Source: a virus
Taxonomy: Duplodnaviria > Caudoviricetes
Virus record (IMG/VR): IMGVR_UViG_3300024254_000006
Span: 1 to 41,629 of that record
Strand: one strand, 5' to 3'
Length of the DNA: 41,629 nucleotides
The notes beneath the pieces were generated by a model. That model was not told the origin of the DNA. It worked only from the letters and a program-made list of their open reading frames with translations, and made no database searches. Below are positions 27,966 to 35,857 of this stretch, in pieces; the first letter of the stretch is position 1; every line of letters starts with the position of its first letter. The translations under genes and the position numbers were made by a program.

Positions 27966-28163
27966 TCACTCCCGTCCGCACTCTTTCGCTGTCAAGTGCC
28001 GCAATTGCTTCGGGCCAGCCGCATAACGAGCGCCGCGCCGGTCATGGCAAAGGTGAATGACGTCCCAATATCGTCCCCACGGCCCACGAGCCTCGACTTG
28101 GACATAGCATCCGTTACTTTCATCGTAGGCCACTTGCCCTGGCTTGAATTGCGGCTTCCTCAT
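27966..28163 (-). CDS. Hypothetical protein coupled to the integrase
   Basis: ATGA overlap with the int stop; GGAG RBS. Confidence 0.65.
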   Translation of the reverse strand: MRKPQFKPGQVAYDESNGCYVQVEARGPWGRYWDVIHLCHDRRGARYAAGPKQLRHLTAKECGRE

Positions 28164-29224
28164 TTGGCTCCGATCTTCTCGATCTCGATTGCCCGATGAT
28201 CCGGCGACAGGTGCGAGTAGCGCTCCGTCATGGTGATCGAATGATGGCCGAGAAAGTCTTTTACGCTATTGAGTGGCACGCCCGCCATCACAAGCCGCGA
28301 AGCAAACGTGTGGCGCAGGTCGTGCCAGCGGAAGTTTTCTATTCCGGCTTCCTTCACGGCATCTTCAAACCAGCGCCGCCAGTCCTTTTGCGTGTCGCTT
28401 TTAGTGTCAAGGCACACGTAAGGGAAGAAGGCGTTCACAATTTGAGATTCAAGGTCCGTTCCCCTCGTAACGACTAGCCTGTCGCGCATTTCCTTTAATT
28501 TATGAAGTGCAGCCTTTGCGCTGGAATTCAGCGTGATGTATCGCCGACCACTCTTCCCGTAAACCGTCAGCCGTCCTAGTTCCAGGTCCACGTTCTCCCA
28601 CTTCAAACTAAATTGCTCGCCGCGGCGCATCCCGGTATAAAGCGCCAGGTCAAGCTCTGGCTCACGCTCCGGACATTTCTCGCGTATCATCTTTCGCAGC
28701 CGCTCTTCCTCTTCCGGTCGCAAATATCGGTCACGGTGCGCATTTTCCTTAGACCGTTCCACGTCTGCGATTGGATTCGAGGGAATCAGTTTCATGCGCT
28801 TGCCATATTTGAAAATGCTCGATAGCAGGGAACGATAGCGATTAGTCGTCGATCCACTTAGACCGCGGTTGCGGAATTTTGCGAGCACGGTTTCGATCTC
28901 GGCCGGGTGGACCGCCGCCGCTTCCAAGTGGCCGAGTAGAGGGTAAAGGTGCTCGAGATGTCGCATGTCGGTGATTAAGGACGACGGCTTTAATCTCGAT
29001 CTTTTATATTCCATCGCGCGTTCGGCCAGGTCGCGGAAGGTCAGCCCTCTACCGCCGTACCTCGGCGGCACATATCGCCCCTCGCGGATCTCGCGCTTCC
29101 TGTCAGAGTAAGCCGTGATCGCCTCAGCCTTGCGGCCGATCCGCTCGCGGTGACGTTTGCCCTGGCGGTCGCAGTAGCTGATTCCCCAAACCCCTGATCC
29201 TTTTGGCTTTTCGAAGATTCCCAC
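28160..29224 (-). CDS. int: Tyrosine integrase
   Basis: TGMRRGE, K, HDLRHTFASRL, LGH, Y; N-terminal arm-binding beta domain; GTG start chosen from promoter geometry. Confidence 0.95.
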   Translation of the reverse strand: MGIFEKPKGSGVWGISYCDRQGKRHRERIGRKAEAITAYSDRKREIREGRYVPPRYGGRGLTFRDLAERAMEYKRSRLKPSSLITDMRHLEHLYPLLGHLEAAAVHPAEIETVLAKFRNRGLSGSTTNRYRSLLSSIFKYGKRMKLIPSNPIADVERSKENAHRDRYLRPEEEERLRKMIREKCPEREPELDLALYTGMRRGEQFSLKWENVDLELGRLTVYGKSGRRYITLNSSAKAALHKLKEMRDRLVVTRGTDLESQIVNAFFPYVCLDTKSDTQKDWRRWFEDAVKEAGIENFRWHDLRHTFASRLVMAGVPLNSVKDFLGHHSITMTERYSHLSPDHRAIEIEKIGAK

Positions 29225-29231
29225 AAGCAGG

Positions 29232-29260
29232 ATACTACGCCTAAAAATAGTGCTTGACAA
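29232..29260 (-). promoter_or_regulatory. Sigma70-type promoter, leaderless, for int
   Basis: TTGTCA-17-TAGTAT-7-GTG(29224). Confidence 0.7.
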
Positions 29261-29282
29261 GTATTAACAACGCTTGTAAATT
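29254..29282 (+). promoter_or_regulatory. Sigma70-type promoter, leaderless, for the HTH gene
   Basis: TTGACA-17-TAAATT-7-GTG(29290). Confidence 0.75.
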
Positions 29283-29289
29283 GCCGTCC

Positions 29290-29487
29290 GTGAGCAAACA
29301 ACCCCACATCGGAAAGCGCATCAAGGCCTACCGTCTGAGCAATCAAATGACGCAGACTCAGATGGGGGCATTTCTCGGATTAAGCCTAGGCACGATTGTC
29401 AGACTGGAATTCGGCAAACCCTGCACGGAACTAACCCTCGCGAAGATCGAAGCAAAACTCAAAGGAAGAGAAGCAACAGCGGCGTAA
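29290..29487 (+). CDS. XRE/Cro-like HTH regulator
   Basis: IKAYR....MTQTQMGAFLGLSLGTIVRLEFG; no peptidase domain. Confidence 0.88.
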   Translation: MSKQPHIGKRIKAYRLSNQMTQTQMGAFLGLSLGTIVRLEFGKPCTELTLAKIEAKLKGREATAA

Positions 29488-29555
29488 TCAACAATGTTTC
29501 CACAGCGCGCAAATTCGCCGTCATTTTCTAGTTTACATAATATAACAAGTGTTAA

Positions 29556-29903
29556 CTACGTTACCCTCTGCGCGTATTTCCTGCCCTTATTCTCCGCTTC
29601 CACCGCTCGTTTAACCCAAACAGGCATTCGCCGCTTCTTCGCTGCAGGCAACGGCAATCGTCCGGTCGCCACGTCGGATTCTGGACGTTCTGGCCGAGGA
29701 GCCGCGAACTGCTCCAGCCAGGCGGCCGATAATTCCTCAGCCCTGGCTTCGATAAAAGAATCCATCAATTGCATTAGAGCCTTCCGAAAGTTTGCCACGC
29801 GGTTCATTCGGCTGAGCCTGAATTCGGCCGTCTGTCCCTTGTTGATCGTTTCGAGATATTGGATGACGCGGCGGTGCCTTTCATCTGCAGTAAGCGGTTT
29901 CAC
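29556..29903 (-). CDS. Hypothetical helical protein in the control region
   Basis: AAGGGG RBS with GTG start; fills the gap between the HTH and RHH genes. Confidence 0.7.
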   Translation of the reverse strand: MKPLTADERHRRVIQYLETINKGQTAEFRLSRMNRVANFRKALMQLMDSFIEARAEELSAAWLEQFAAPRPERPESDVATGRLPLPAAKKRRMPVWVKRAVEAENKGRKYAQRVT

Positions 29904-30041
29904 TTTGGCCCCTTCAAATGTTTCGAATAGCCAAGATAATTGGGCCGATTCTGGGCAGCACTGGTACTTGGGTACTGAAAAAGTACGGTAATCGACAGGA
30001 CACCGGCAACAATGGCGATGAAACCTGAATGGAGGGTCGGC

Positions 30042-30458
30042 GTGGGGATTGAGATGAGGACGGTAAGCCTGAAATTAAGCGAACAGACCATGAAGCAGGT
30101 CGATGAACTGCGCGACGCTTTCCATCCTTTCACGGAAAACCGCAGCCAGGTCTTCCGCGTCGTCGTTGAAATCATGCATTCCCTGGTGTTCACGAAGGGA
30201 ACTCTAAAGTCGATCGTGGAACGGCTTCAAGGGATGCTTCGTAATAGTTCGTATTTTCAGACAGAGTTTGAATTTCCTGCGCACGCAGCGCCGGAAACGG
30301 GCGTGGGGTTGGCTGCGGATAATCTGGACGCTCGTCAGCCCCGCGTCATTTCGATCAGTCGCCGAGTGGCGGATGTGGTGGAACCGGGAACGGCGGCATA
30401 TACATCACCGTCCTTTCTGGGCGTTGTTCGCCCATTGTTCGCCGCGAGGATAGCATGA
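30042..30458 (+). CDS. Ribbon-helix-helix (CopG/Arc-like) regulator
   Basis: TVSLKLSEQTMKQVDEL......NRSQVFR; GGAGG RBS before GTG 30042 (start uncertain). Confidence 0.75.
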   Translation: MGIEMRTVSLKLSEQTMKQVDELRDAFHPFTENRSQVFRVVVEIMHSLVFTKGTLKSIVERLQGMLRNSSYFQTEFEFPAHAAPETGVGLAADNLDARQPRVISISRRVADVVEPGTAAYTSPSFLGVVRPLFAARIA

Positions 30459-31171
30459 ACAAAAAACTTCGGAGGCGTGTGGTGCATATCTCGACGTTGG
30501 CTTCGATTATCGCGGTACTTCTCGCCACGGGTTTTGTGTTGCGTGTTCCTGGCAGATCGATTTCTTGGACTGTTCCAGCCTATCTCATTGCCCAATTCTT
30601 CTTCGCCGTGATCGCGTGGTGGGGGTTGCAAAAGGTAGACGCACTCTCCGGGTCGTACATGAACTATTACGCGCTGTCATTCGGTTCCGTGCTCCTGCTC
30701 GCCGTTTTGGTCACGATTCGCATGGCCATGGTGCATCCGACGGGTTTGGGAATCTTTTTGTTAGTGGGCGCCGCCGCTCAATCGGCCGCGATCGCTTCCG
30801 TAATCTATTGGGAACTTCTCAAGGAATACGGAGGGCATGTCCCTGCGGCGTGCCAGATCGCGGCCTTTCAAGCCGCCGTGCTCGCGTTCTGCGGCGCGGT
30901 CACTCTCACCGTTACCGCTGCGAAAGTTGAAACGGAACTCTGGTCGGTATCCATGGCGCTCGGCATGTTCTGGAGCGCGATTGCTTTCCTCTCGTGGGGC
31001 TACGCACTCGGGATTACTCGAAGCCGCGGCATCTGGATTCACCTGAACAATTTTCTTCCTGCGTTTTTGGCGGTAGTGGCTTTCGCCTGGCTCGCTTTCC
31101 AACTGAGCGGAATACAGAGCGAGCTCTCGCGGCAGGAAGTGACTCAGGGCGTGGTCGTTTCTGAACAGTGA
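30455..31171 (+). CDS. Polytopic (~7 TM) membrane protein
   Basis: About 7 hydrophobic segments, no enzymatic domain; ATGA-coupled to the RHH gene. Confidence 0.8.
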   Translation: MNKKLRRRVVHISTLASIIAVLLATGFVLRVPGRSISWTVPAYLIAQFFFAVIAWWGLQKVDALSGSYMNYYALSFGSVLLLAVLVTIRMAMVHPTGLGIFLLVGAAAQSAAIASVIYWELLKEYGGHVPAACQIAAFQAAVLAFCGAVTLTVTAAKVETELWSVSMALGMFWSAIAFLSWGYALGITRSRGIWIHLNNFLPAFLAVVAFAWLAFQLSGIQSELSRQEVTQGVVVSEQ

Positions 31172-31184
31172 AAGGGGTGCAGTC

Positions 31185-31304
31185 GTGCAAATCGTTACAC
31201 CGGAAAACGCAAAGCTGATCGTTGAATTCGTCGTCGCTGCAGTTCTTCTCGTGGGTTTCATCGCGGCTGTGAATCTTTGCGTGATGGCCAAGGGGCGGCC
31301 GTGA
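31185..31304 (+). CDS. 39-aa single-TM micro-protein
   Basis: AAGGGG RBS; MQIVTPENAKLIVEFVVAAVLLVGFIAAVNLCVMAKGRP*; GTGA overlap with the next gene. Confidence 0.65.
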   Translation: MQIVTPENAKLIVEFVVAAVLLVGFIAAVNLCVMAKGRP

Positions 31305-32011
31305 ACATCATTAAAGAACGCCTCGATAAAATTGCAAACATCCCGCTCACGGAAGGATCGCATTCGCCAGATTCTCAGTTCTGCGTCATGGAAGCTGTCG
31401 CGTTCGTCGCTGGAGAAAAATGGAGCGACGCTCCTGAATGCGCCTGCCCGGTGATCGGTGCTTTTCTACGAGCGTGGAACGATGCACTTCCAAGTGACGC
31501 CGAGCGCGACCGACTTCTAAAGCCACTTATCCCGCGAATCGTTGGAACGAAAAATAAAGACCTTGAGGAAAAGCGTTCGCTGATGGCTGCTGATTGGCTA
31601 GTGAGAGTAAATACTCCCGCATGGCTCCGTCTTGCTGGACTGAATGATCAGGCTGCAGCACTGGAATCGCTTCCTGAAATCACGAGCATGGCGCAGGTTC
31701 CTTCTATTCGTGGGCCGATCGAAGCGGCACGGCGCGATGCGGCCGCAGCCTGGGACGCAGCCAGGGCCGCAGCCTGGGACGCAGCCAGGGCCGCAGCCTG
31801 GGCCGCAGCCTGGGCCGCAGCCAGGGCCGCAGCCAGGGACGCAGCCTGGGACGCAGCCAGGGACGCAGCCAGGGACGCAGCCTGGGACGCAGCCAGGGAC
31901 GCAGCCTGGGACGCAGCCAGGGCCGCAGCCTGGGAGAAATTGAAACCGACTGCTTCGCAGTTACAGCAATCCGCGCTCGAACTCATTGAGCGAATGATCG
32001 AGGCCGCATGA
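31301..32011 (+). CDS. Phage protein with AAWD/AARA repeats
   Basis: GSH..CVMEAVAFVAGE.WSD.P.C.CPVI..F...WND N-terminal domain followed by the repeat tract. Confidence 0.8.
   Translation: MNIIKERLDKIANIPLTEGSHSPDSQFCVMEAVAFVAGEKWSDAPECACPVIGAFLRAWNDALPSDAERDRLLKPLIPRIVGTKNKDLEEKRSLMAADWLVRVNTPAWLRLAGLNDQAAALESLPEITSMAQVPSIRGPIEAARRDAAAAWDAARAAAWDAARAAAWAAAWAAARAAARDAAWDAARDAARDAAWDAARDAAWDAARAAAWEKLKPTASQLQQSALELIERMIEAA
31745..31935 (+). repeat. 12-bp tandem repeat, ~16 units
   Basis: GCAGCC(T/A)GGG(A/C)C units. Confidence 0.95.
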
Positions 32012-32250
32012 CGCCCGCCGCCATTCGCGCAGCCCTCAAGCAGACGCACTTTTCGGTCATTTGCGATTCCTGCCACGGACGTCTATTCCGCAATGGCGTC
32101 TTGTGTGGCAAATGTGACGGCGAAGGCCGCGTATTGATTCCCGAACGGCGGATAACCGTGTACGTCTCGCCGCGGCTGCTTAGGTCCGCGGTAATTCTCG
32201 GCGTTGCGATTTGCTTGCTCATCGGTGCGGTGATTTCGATTTTGCGATAG
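32008..32250 (+). CDS. Zn-ribbon protein with C-terminal TM
   Basis: CDSCHG...CGKCDGEG; hydrophobic C-terminus. Confidence 0.7.
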   Translation: MTPAAIRAALKQTHFSVICDSCHGRLFRNGVLCGKCDGEGRVLIPERRITVYVSPRLLRSAVILGVAICLLIGAVISILR

Positions 32251-32271
32251 GTCAGAAAATAGGGGTGCGGT

Positions 32272-32793
32272 ATGTCATCAACAGCAATTGAGATTCTTCA
32301 GTCAGGGCCGTTCAGTCTTCGCGAAGTGGCGATCGAGAATTTCCAAGAGTTTTTCGACTCCATCGTCGAACAGAACGCCCTATCGCCCGAACAGCAAACC
32401 GCCCTAGGCGACGCCATCAAGAAATCAATCGAGAAGCGCGACCGGCTCGGCGCATTTCTGGAACGCCTCGAACTCGAAGCCGAACTACTGGCAAAAGAAG
32501 AAAAGCGCCTGGCGAGCCGTCGTCGGCAGTTTGAGCGAATTGGCGAGTGCTTCCGCGATTCGATTCACGCGCAGATGAAAGAGTGGGGAATCGTGAAGGC
32601 CGAAGGTCAGCGATTCACCTTTTCGGTGAAGAAGAATCCGCCATCGGTCGAGGTCACAGATGAGTCCGCCATTCCTCCGGAGTTCATCGACTACAAGCCC
32701 ACCGTCAATAAATCCGTTCTGAAACTGGCTCTGGCCGAAGGCGAAGTCCCTGGCGCGCGGCTCACGCAGAGCACTCGGCTGGAGATTAGGTAA
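32272..32793 (+). CDS. Siphovirus Gp157 family protein
   Basis: EEKRL..RR, F.FSVKKNPPSVEV.DE..IP..F, VPGARL.Q..RLEIR. Confidence 0.9.
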   Translation: MSSTAIEILQSGPFSLREVAIENFQEFFDSIVEQNALSPEQQTALGDAIKKSIEKRDRLGAFLERLELEAELLAKEEKRLASRRRQFERIGECFRDSIHAQMKEWGIVKAEGQRFTFSVKKNPPSVEVTDESAIPPEFIDYKPTVNKSVLKLALAEGEVPGARLTQSTRLEIR

Positions 32794-33006
32794 ATGCCTG
32801 ACAAAGAAATACGACTCCTGCAGAAAGAAGGTCAGCGCAACTGGAGTGTTTATTCCGGCGAGCTATATGACACAGAACTGATTTCAGATGAGGCATTGTG
32901 CGTCGTCGCTTCGATTCTTCTCGGAGTTAAGCCTAAATATTTGCGAACCGCAGAAGAATGGCGCGAGTACGAAAAAGTCCATGGATTAAACGAAGGAGAA
33001 AGATGA
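32794..33006 (+). CDS. Hypothetical protein
   Basis: Abuts or overlaps both neighbours. Confidence 0.65.
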   Translation: MPDKEIRLLQKEGQRNWSVYSGELYDTELISDEALCVVASILLGVKPKYLRTAEEWREYEKVHGLNEGER

Positions 33007-34055
33007 TGGCCACTCAAGTAACCGAACTAGCAACGAAATCGAAACTGGGAGTGCTCCAGGCAGTTGAAAAGGCTCTCCCGCAATTTGCAGGACGGCTTTC
33101 GAAGAATCTGCCGAATGGCATGACGCCCGAGAAGTTCATGTTTGGCGTCGGTACGGCGGTGCAGAAGAATCCTAAGCTGCTCGAATGCGAGCCAGGGAGC
33201 GTATTGCTGGCCGCCTATGAAGCCGCAGAGCTCGGGATCAACCTGAATCCATCACTGCAATTGGGCTATCTCATTCCCTACGGAAAAGAGGCGCAGTTTC
33301 AGCTCTCATACCGCGGGATGATTCAGAAAGGCTACGAATCCGGCGCGCTGCGAACTTTCTTTGCCGAAGTCGTCTATGCCAAAGACAAATTCGAAAGGCA
33401 ACTTGCTCCAAAGCGCAATCTCTTTCATGCGCCTGCGGACGGTGAACGCGGAGATCCGATCGGCGCATACGCCCTAGTTGAATTCAAATCCGGCGATATT
33501 GAATTCGAATACCTGACCAAAGAACAGATTGATCGGCACCGCGCGCACTCCAAACAGCCGGATAGCCTGATGTGGAAGAAGTTCTGGGAAGAGGGATGGA
33601 GGAAAACGCCCATCCGTGTTCTGTCCAAGCGCCTACCTTTGACAAACCCAGAACTCGAAGCACTTGCCGAGGCCATCGAGCGTGATGCAATTAACGACCG
33701 TGGGCCCGAGCCGACCGGCGCGATCCAGCTTGAACCAGGTTCCCCGCTCCTGACCACAGCGAAACCAACAGACGTTCTGCCTGGCATCTTTGTCCAGGTC
33801 GGCAAGAGCCTGACCGTAATCACCGGCCAGACCTATGACATCCGAGATGATCTTCCGAAAGTCGGCGCGAAATGGGATGGCAAGGCCCGCGTCTGGACTA
33901 TGCCAGCGGCTCGCACTCACGAACTCCTGACCATCTGCGAGGCCAAGCACGTCGGAGTGACTGAGGTCGACGATAACGGAAAGCCTTTGGCCTCGGCAAC
34001 GCCAGCGCGGGAACCGGGCGAGGATAACGAATCGCAGTTGAATTTCGGTCAGTAA
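33003..34055 (+). CDS. recT: RecT-family ssDNA annealing protein with an extra C-terminal domain
   Basis: NPKLLEC...S...A...AAELG, YLIPY..EAQFQLSYRGMI, VVY..D.F, K.LP. Confidence 0.9.
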   Translation: MMATQVTELATKSKLGVLQAVEKALPQFAGRLSKNLPNGMTPEKFMFGVGTAVQKNPKLLECEPGSVLLAAYEAAELGINLNPSLQLGYLIPYGKEAQFQLSYRGMIQKGYESGALRTFFAEVVYAKDKFERQLAPKRNLFHAPADGERGDPIGAYALVEFKSGDIEFEYLTKEQIDRHRAHSKQPDSLMWKKFWEEGWRKTPIRVLSKRLPLTNPELEALAEAIERDAINDRGPEPTGAIQLEPGSPLLTTAKPTDVLPGIFVQVGKSLTVITGQTYDIRDDLPKVGAKWDGKARVWTMPAARTHELLTICEAKHVGVTEVDDNGKPLASATPAREPGEDNESQLNFGQ

Positions 34056-34069
34056 AAAGGAGAAACCGC

Positions 34070-34573
34070 ATGAAAATCGAAGAAATAAAAAGGGACAAAT
34101 GCGCAGTATCTATCGAACCTCTCGCCTGTGTCGTGGATGAGGCCAAAGAGGTTTTGGGATACAAGGGTAGCAGTGCCACTTCATTCGAAGCCCCGTCGCC
34201 TCTAACAGAATTGTTGGCCCGCTTAGAGATTGAGCGTCTCAATGCCGCAGACGTAATTCGCTATCAAGCCGAAATGATCGCCGAATTGATGCTAGACCCG
34301 GACTATCAGCGAAGCAGACTCGACGCGAGCCGCGAATATCGGTTCTTCCATTACTGGAGCGAAGAAAAGTTGTCATCCTATTCGCAACCAATTCCTGAAT
34401 TTGTTTTGAACAAAGCCATACAGATCAAGAAGGAATGCCCTCGCGTCGAATTCTTTGTGCAATCGATTGAAGGAAATCCCGACCCTTTTCTGGTAGCCGT
34501 CCTCGGAAGCCGCGATGACTACGCCTATATCGAAGTATGGGAAGAGCCAAAGTTCGAAGGCCGGTTGAGATAG
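34070..34573 (+). CDS. Hypothetical phage protein
   Basis: AGGAG RBS; Y..PIPEFVL.KA, DPFL, YIEVW.EP.F. Confidence 0.75.
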   Translation: MKIEEIKRDKCAVSIEPLACVVDEAKEVLGYKGSSATSFEAPSPLTELLARLEIERLNAADVIRYQAEMIAELMLDPDYQRSRLDASREYRFFHYWSEEKLSSYSQPIPEFVLNKAIQIKKECPRVEFFVQSIEGNPDPFLVAVLGSRDDYAYIEVWEEPKFEGRLR

Positions 34574-34585
34574 GACCTAACGGTA

Positions 34586-34684
34586 ATGCGAATGATCTTT
34601 GAGCGCCTCATCGTTTTCGCTGCAGTCATCGTCGTGATTTTGAACTTGCTAAATCTCGCCATTACGGTCATGGACGCGAAATGA
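34586..34684 (+). CDS. 32-aa single-TM micro-protein
   Basis: MRMIFERLIVFAAVIVVILNLLNLAITVMDAK*; ATGA overlap with the next gene. Confidence 0.55.
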   Translation: MRMIFERLIVFAAVIVVILNLLNLAITVMDAK

Positions 34685-34854
34685 GGCCTTTCTGCAGCAG
34701 ATGCCGGAGGGCGCGCAAGGACAGGACAATTTGCAAGTGCTGTCAAAAAACTCTGTGCGTTCGATGTTTTCCGCTTCACTTCTGCGCGCTGGCTGCGCTT
34801 AGGGAACTTAAGGTCGGCTGTCCGGGCATTCGCTTTTATCAGAACCGCAAGTAA
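34681..34854 (+). CDS. 57-aa Cys-rich zinc-finger micro-protein
   Basis: MRPFCSRCRRARKDRTICKCCQKTLCVRCFPLHFC...; the stop abuts the next RBS. Confidence 0.6.
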   Translation: MRPFCSRCRRARKDRTICKCCQKTLCVRCFPLHFCALAALRELKVGCPGIRFYQNRK

Positions 34855-34865
34855 AGGAGCAACAA

Positions 34866-35090
34866 ATGCAACGAGTTGAACTTCTAGGCAAGCAAGGCGA
34901 GAACGTCGATCACGTTGAAATACCTTTCGACGCGCCTGACATCATCGCGCACGGTTCGCGCCATTTCGTTCGCGATGAAGTTCTGTTCTATCCAGGTCTG
35001 AAATACATCGAGGCCAGCGTGTTGCGCATTGAACTTCGCAAGGAAGGCGCGCGCGGCACGGCGGCGGATCGCAAGGCCACAGCCGCTTAA
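34866..35090 (+). CDS. Hypothetical protein
   Basis: AAGGAG RBS. Confidence 0.7.
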   Translation: MQRVELLGKQGENVDHVEIPFDAPDIIAHGSRHFVRDEVLFYPGLKYIEASVLRIELRKEGARGTAADRKATAA

Positions 35091-35226
35091 AAGGTTTCGA
35101 CTGGCGCACCCCTCAAACCCCAAGCGACACAGCCAGTCGAGAAAGCCGAGGCCGCGCCTCACAACCTGACATTGTTCCGGGCGCGGCTTACGGCGAAATT
35201 TTAGGAAAGGGAAAGAATTACAAAAA

Positions 35227-35856
35227 GTGCCTAAGCTTCCTTCAATCCAATTTTACCCTGGTGACTGGTTGCGCGATCCTGTCTCTGGTTTGTCTCTTTC
35301 CGCGCAAGGCCTTTGGCTTCGAATGCTCTTGATTTCGCACGACTCGCCACGCTACGGCTACCTCTGCTATCCGAACGGTACTCCTCTTCCTCCAGAAATC
35401 ATCGCTAGTAAATGTGGATGCAGTCTGGAGCAATACGAGACTCTTCTTGCGGAGCTAGACAGCGTAAACGTCCCGAGTCGTACCCCGTCAGGAACTATCT
35501 ACAGCCGAAGGATGATGCGCGACGAGAGACGTAGGGCACAGTACCGTAAATCTAAAGCTAAGAATGAGATAGAGGTGATTCCACATCGATTCCACACGAA
35601 TTCCACGCCTTCTTCATATTCAACTTCAAATATTAAAACATCCCCCCTACCCCCCGCTGCCGCGGGGGACTCGATTTTTCGATTTGATCGCTACGGCGAA
35701 GTCATCGTCGTTGAGATGGGAAGAAAGAAGCGACTCTTGTCTAAATCTGACTGGGATTCTCTGTCAGGAGCGAGAGCTGATGGCGTAGTAAAGAAACTTC
35801 AACAGCGCGGATTCAAGGCTTGGGTAGAGCAGCCGACGCTTATAGGAGCCAATTGA
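35227..35856 (+). CDS. Replication initiator (DUF1376/YdaU-like N-terminus)
   Basis: KLPSIQFYPGDWL.D...LS..A.GLW..ML; IYSRRM.RD; internal iterons. Confidence 0.8.
   Translation: MPKLPSIQFYPGDWLRDPVSGLSLSAQGLWLRMLLISHDSPRYGYLCYPNGTPLPPEIIASKCGCSLEQYETLLAELDSVNVPSRTPSGTIYSRRMMRDERRRAQYRKSKAKNEIEVIPHRFHTNSTPSSYSTSNIKTSPLPPAAAGDSIFRFDRYGEVIVVEMGRKKRLLSKSDWDSLSGARADGVVKKLQQRGFKAWVEQPTLIGAN
35578..35641 (+). other. Putative replication origin
   Basis: ATTCCAC x3 at 11-bp period (35578, 35589, 35600), then an AT-rich tract, inside the initiator gene as in lambda O. Confidence 0.65.
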
Positions 35857-35857
35857 G

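Noticed and set aside
29290-29487. Integration-dependent immunity (attP inside a repressor with a C-terminal AA degron)
   Set aside because: The HTH ends in ATAA, but it is divergent from int rather than co-oriented, and no att core is identifiable inside it
29494-30193. ORFs 29494..29991(+) and 29900..30193(-)
   Set aside because: Antisense shadows of better-supported genes that have RBSs
31745-31935. CRISPR array or DGR template/variable repeat
   Set aside because: Contiguous 12-bp units without spacers; no cas or reverse transcriptase gene in the genome
31644-32076. ORFs 31644..31943(+) and 31648..32076(-) as genes
   Set aside because: Shadow frames kept open by the stop-free repeat
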